In this document: positions 62,966 to 64,000 of the stretch, piece after piece | Position numbering within the stretch: position 1 is the stretch's first letter | How the letters are laid out: each line of letters opens with the position of its first letter | Origin: Sphyrna mokarran | Lineage: Eukaryota | Length of the DNA stretch: 64,000 bases | Direction of reading: 5' to 3' | Assembly (NCBI GenBank): GCA_024679065.1 | Contig: JAGIQG010000009.1 | Coordinates: 91,202,001-91,266,000 of the forward strand | The notes under the pieces: model-generated | What the model saw: the letters and a program-made list of their open reading frames with translations, nothing else | Database searches by the model: none | Told to the model about the DNA's origin: nothing | Made by a program: the position numbers and the translations under genes

Positions 62966-64000
62966 TAAGCCATCCAGGACAAAGCAGCACACCCACAGTT
63001 TAAACATTTACTTCCATCTCTATTGACATATGGCAGTACTATTTACCATTTATAAGATGCATAGCAGCAGCTCACTAGGGCTTCTTCAACAACATACCCA
63101 TGACTCTAGCACAGAGAGGAACAAGCACAACAGGCACATAAGAACCTCACATCTCCGTCTTCCCCTCCAAGTTAAGCAACGTGCTCATTTAGAACTATGG
63201 AATATATCACAGTTATGGAACTCTTTATCTAACAGCATTGTGTGAGTAACTTTGCTAAACTGCAATGCCCCAAACAGGCAACTCACAGTGACCTTCACAA
63301 GAGTAATTAGGGATGGACAGTAAATGCTGGGCTTGCTAGTGATGCCCACAATCTATTAATTATTTAAAAAATTCAAACCCAAGCCAGAGACGTGAATAAA
63401 CAGTGTATTAATAATCCACTGTGCTACTTGGTCTCTGATTTATTCATGCTTGGGGAAATACAGGATGTCTGAGTGTGAGTTATGAGACTGCAATTAAATT
63501 GAAGCAGTTCAGAAGCTATACTAAACCACAAGATATTGTTTGAATATTTCATGAAATATCAGAATATTAAGATTGAATTAATTTCCTTCACCGCAGGTAG
63601 AAATTTATAATATATTAAAATCTTATGATTACGTGCAATTCCTGTATTTTTTTCTGTTGTAATTTTATAATATATAATTAATTTATAATGTTTATGTAAC
63701 ATGTCAAATGGAGTTGTACTCTTTATCATCAATATGTAGCCTGTTAATTGCATGGCCTCTTCAAGATTGTTGTGCAGTTGCATAAGTGCATGTCTAAAAG
63801 AACTCTTTCTAAGATACTGCTTGCTTGTTCCTGCTGCCCTTGTGCATCTTTGAAGGAACATTTGGTATGTTAGCATATACTGCAGTGGAACTTCTTTGCT
63901 CCAATCATTCTGGATCTCTTTTCAGAAATAGTCATATGTTTTGCTGTTTAACTTGAAATGTTATACAGTCAATACATAGAATATGCAACTTTAAATCAGG

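Overview
Repeat-dense vertebrate genomic DNA, most likely from an elasmobranch (shark or ray): it carries tRNA-headed V-domain SINEs of the HE1 type, many CR1 LINEs sharing their 3' tails, and Penelope-like element (PLE) fragments. Only one apparently intact host gene is visible, a two-exon GPR139/GPR142-like class A GPCR (exon 1 at 24440-24509, exon 2 at 26310-27214, 324 aa). Near the right end is a broken MHC class I-like locus: an alpha2 exon, a partial alpha3 exon, then a second truncated alpha2 exon. The alpha2 copies lack the canonical disulfide cysteines. The first 15 kb is a decayed endogenous retrovirus on the minus strand (candidate LTR, gag with two zinc knuckles, pro, RT, connection domain) cut up by nested CR1 insertions, two with visible target-site duplications (TSDs). 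Also present: a PLE GIY-YIG fragment, a TSD-flanked PLE palindrome with hammerhead-like cores upstream of the GPCR, a degenerate two-gene Harbinger transposon, Rex1/Babar fragments, three minisatellites, and a recent 590-bp inverted duplication. The most unusual recurring structure is a CR1 lineage whose 3' UTR contains a conserved splice-acceptor-like motif, a ~120-nt structured RNA segment and an embedded degenerate SINE, all moving as one unit. All calls were made by eye. Family names are recalled, not database-verified, and most element boundaries are approximate.
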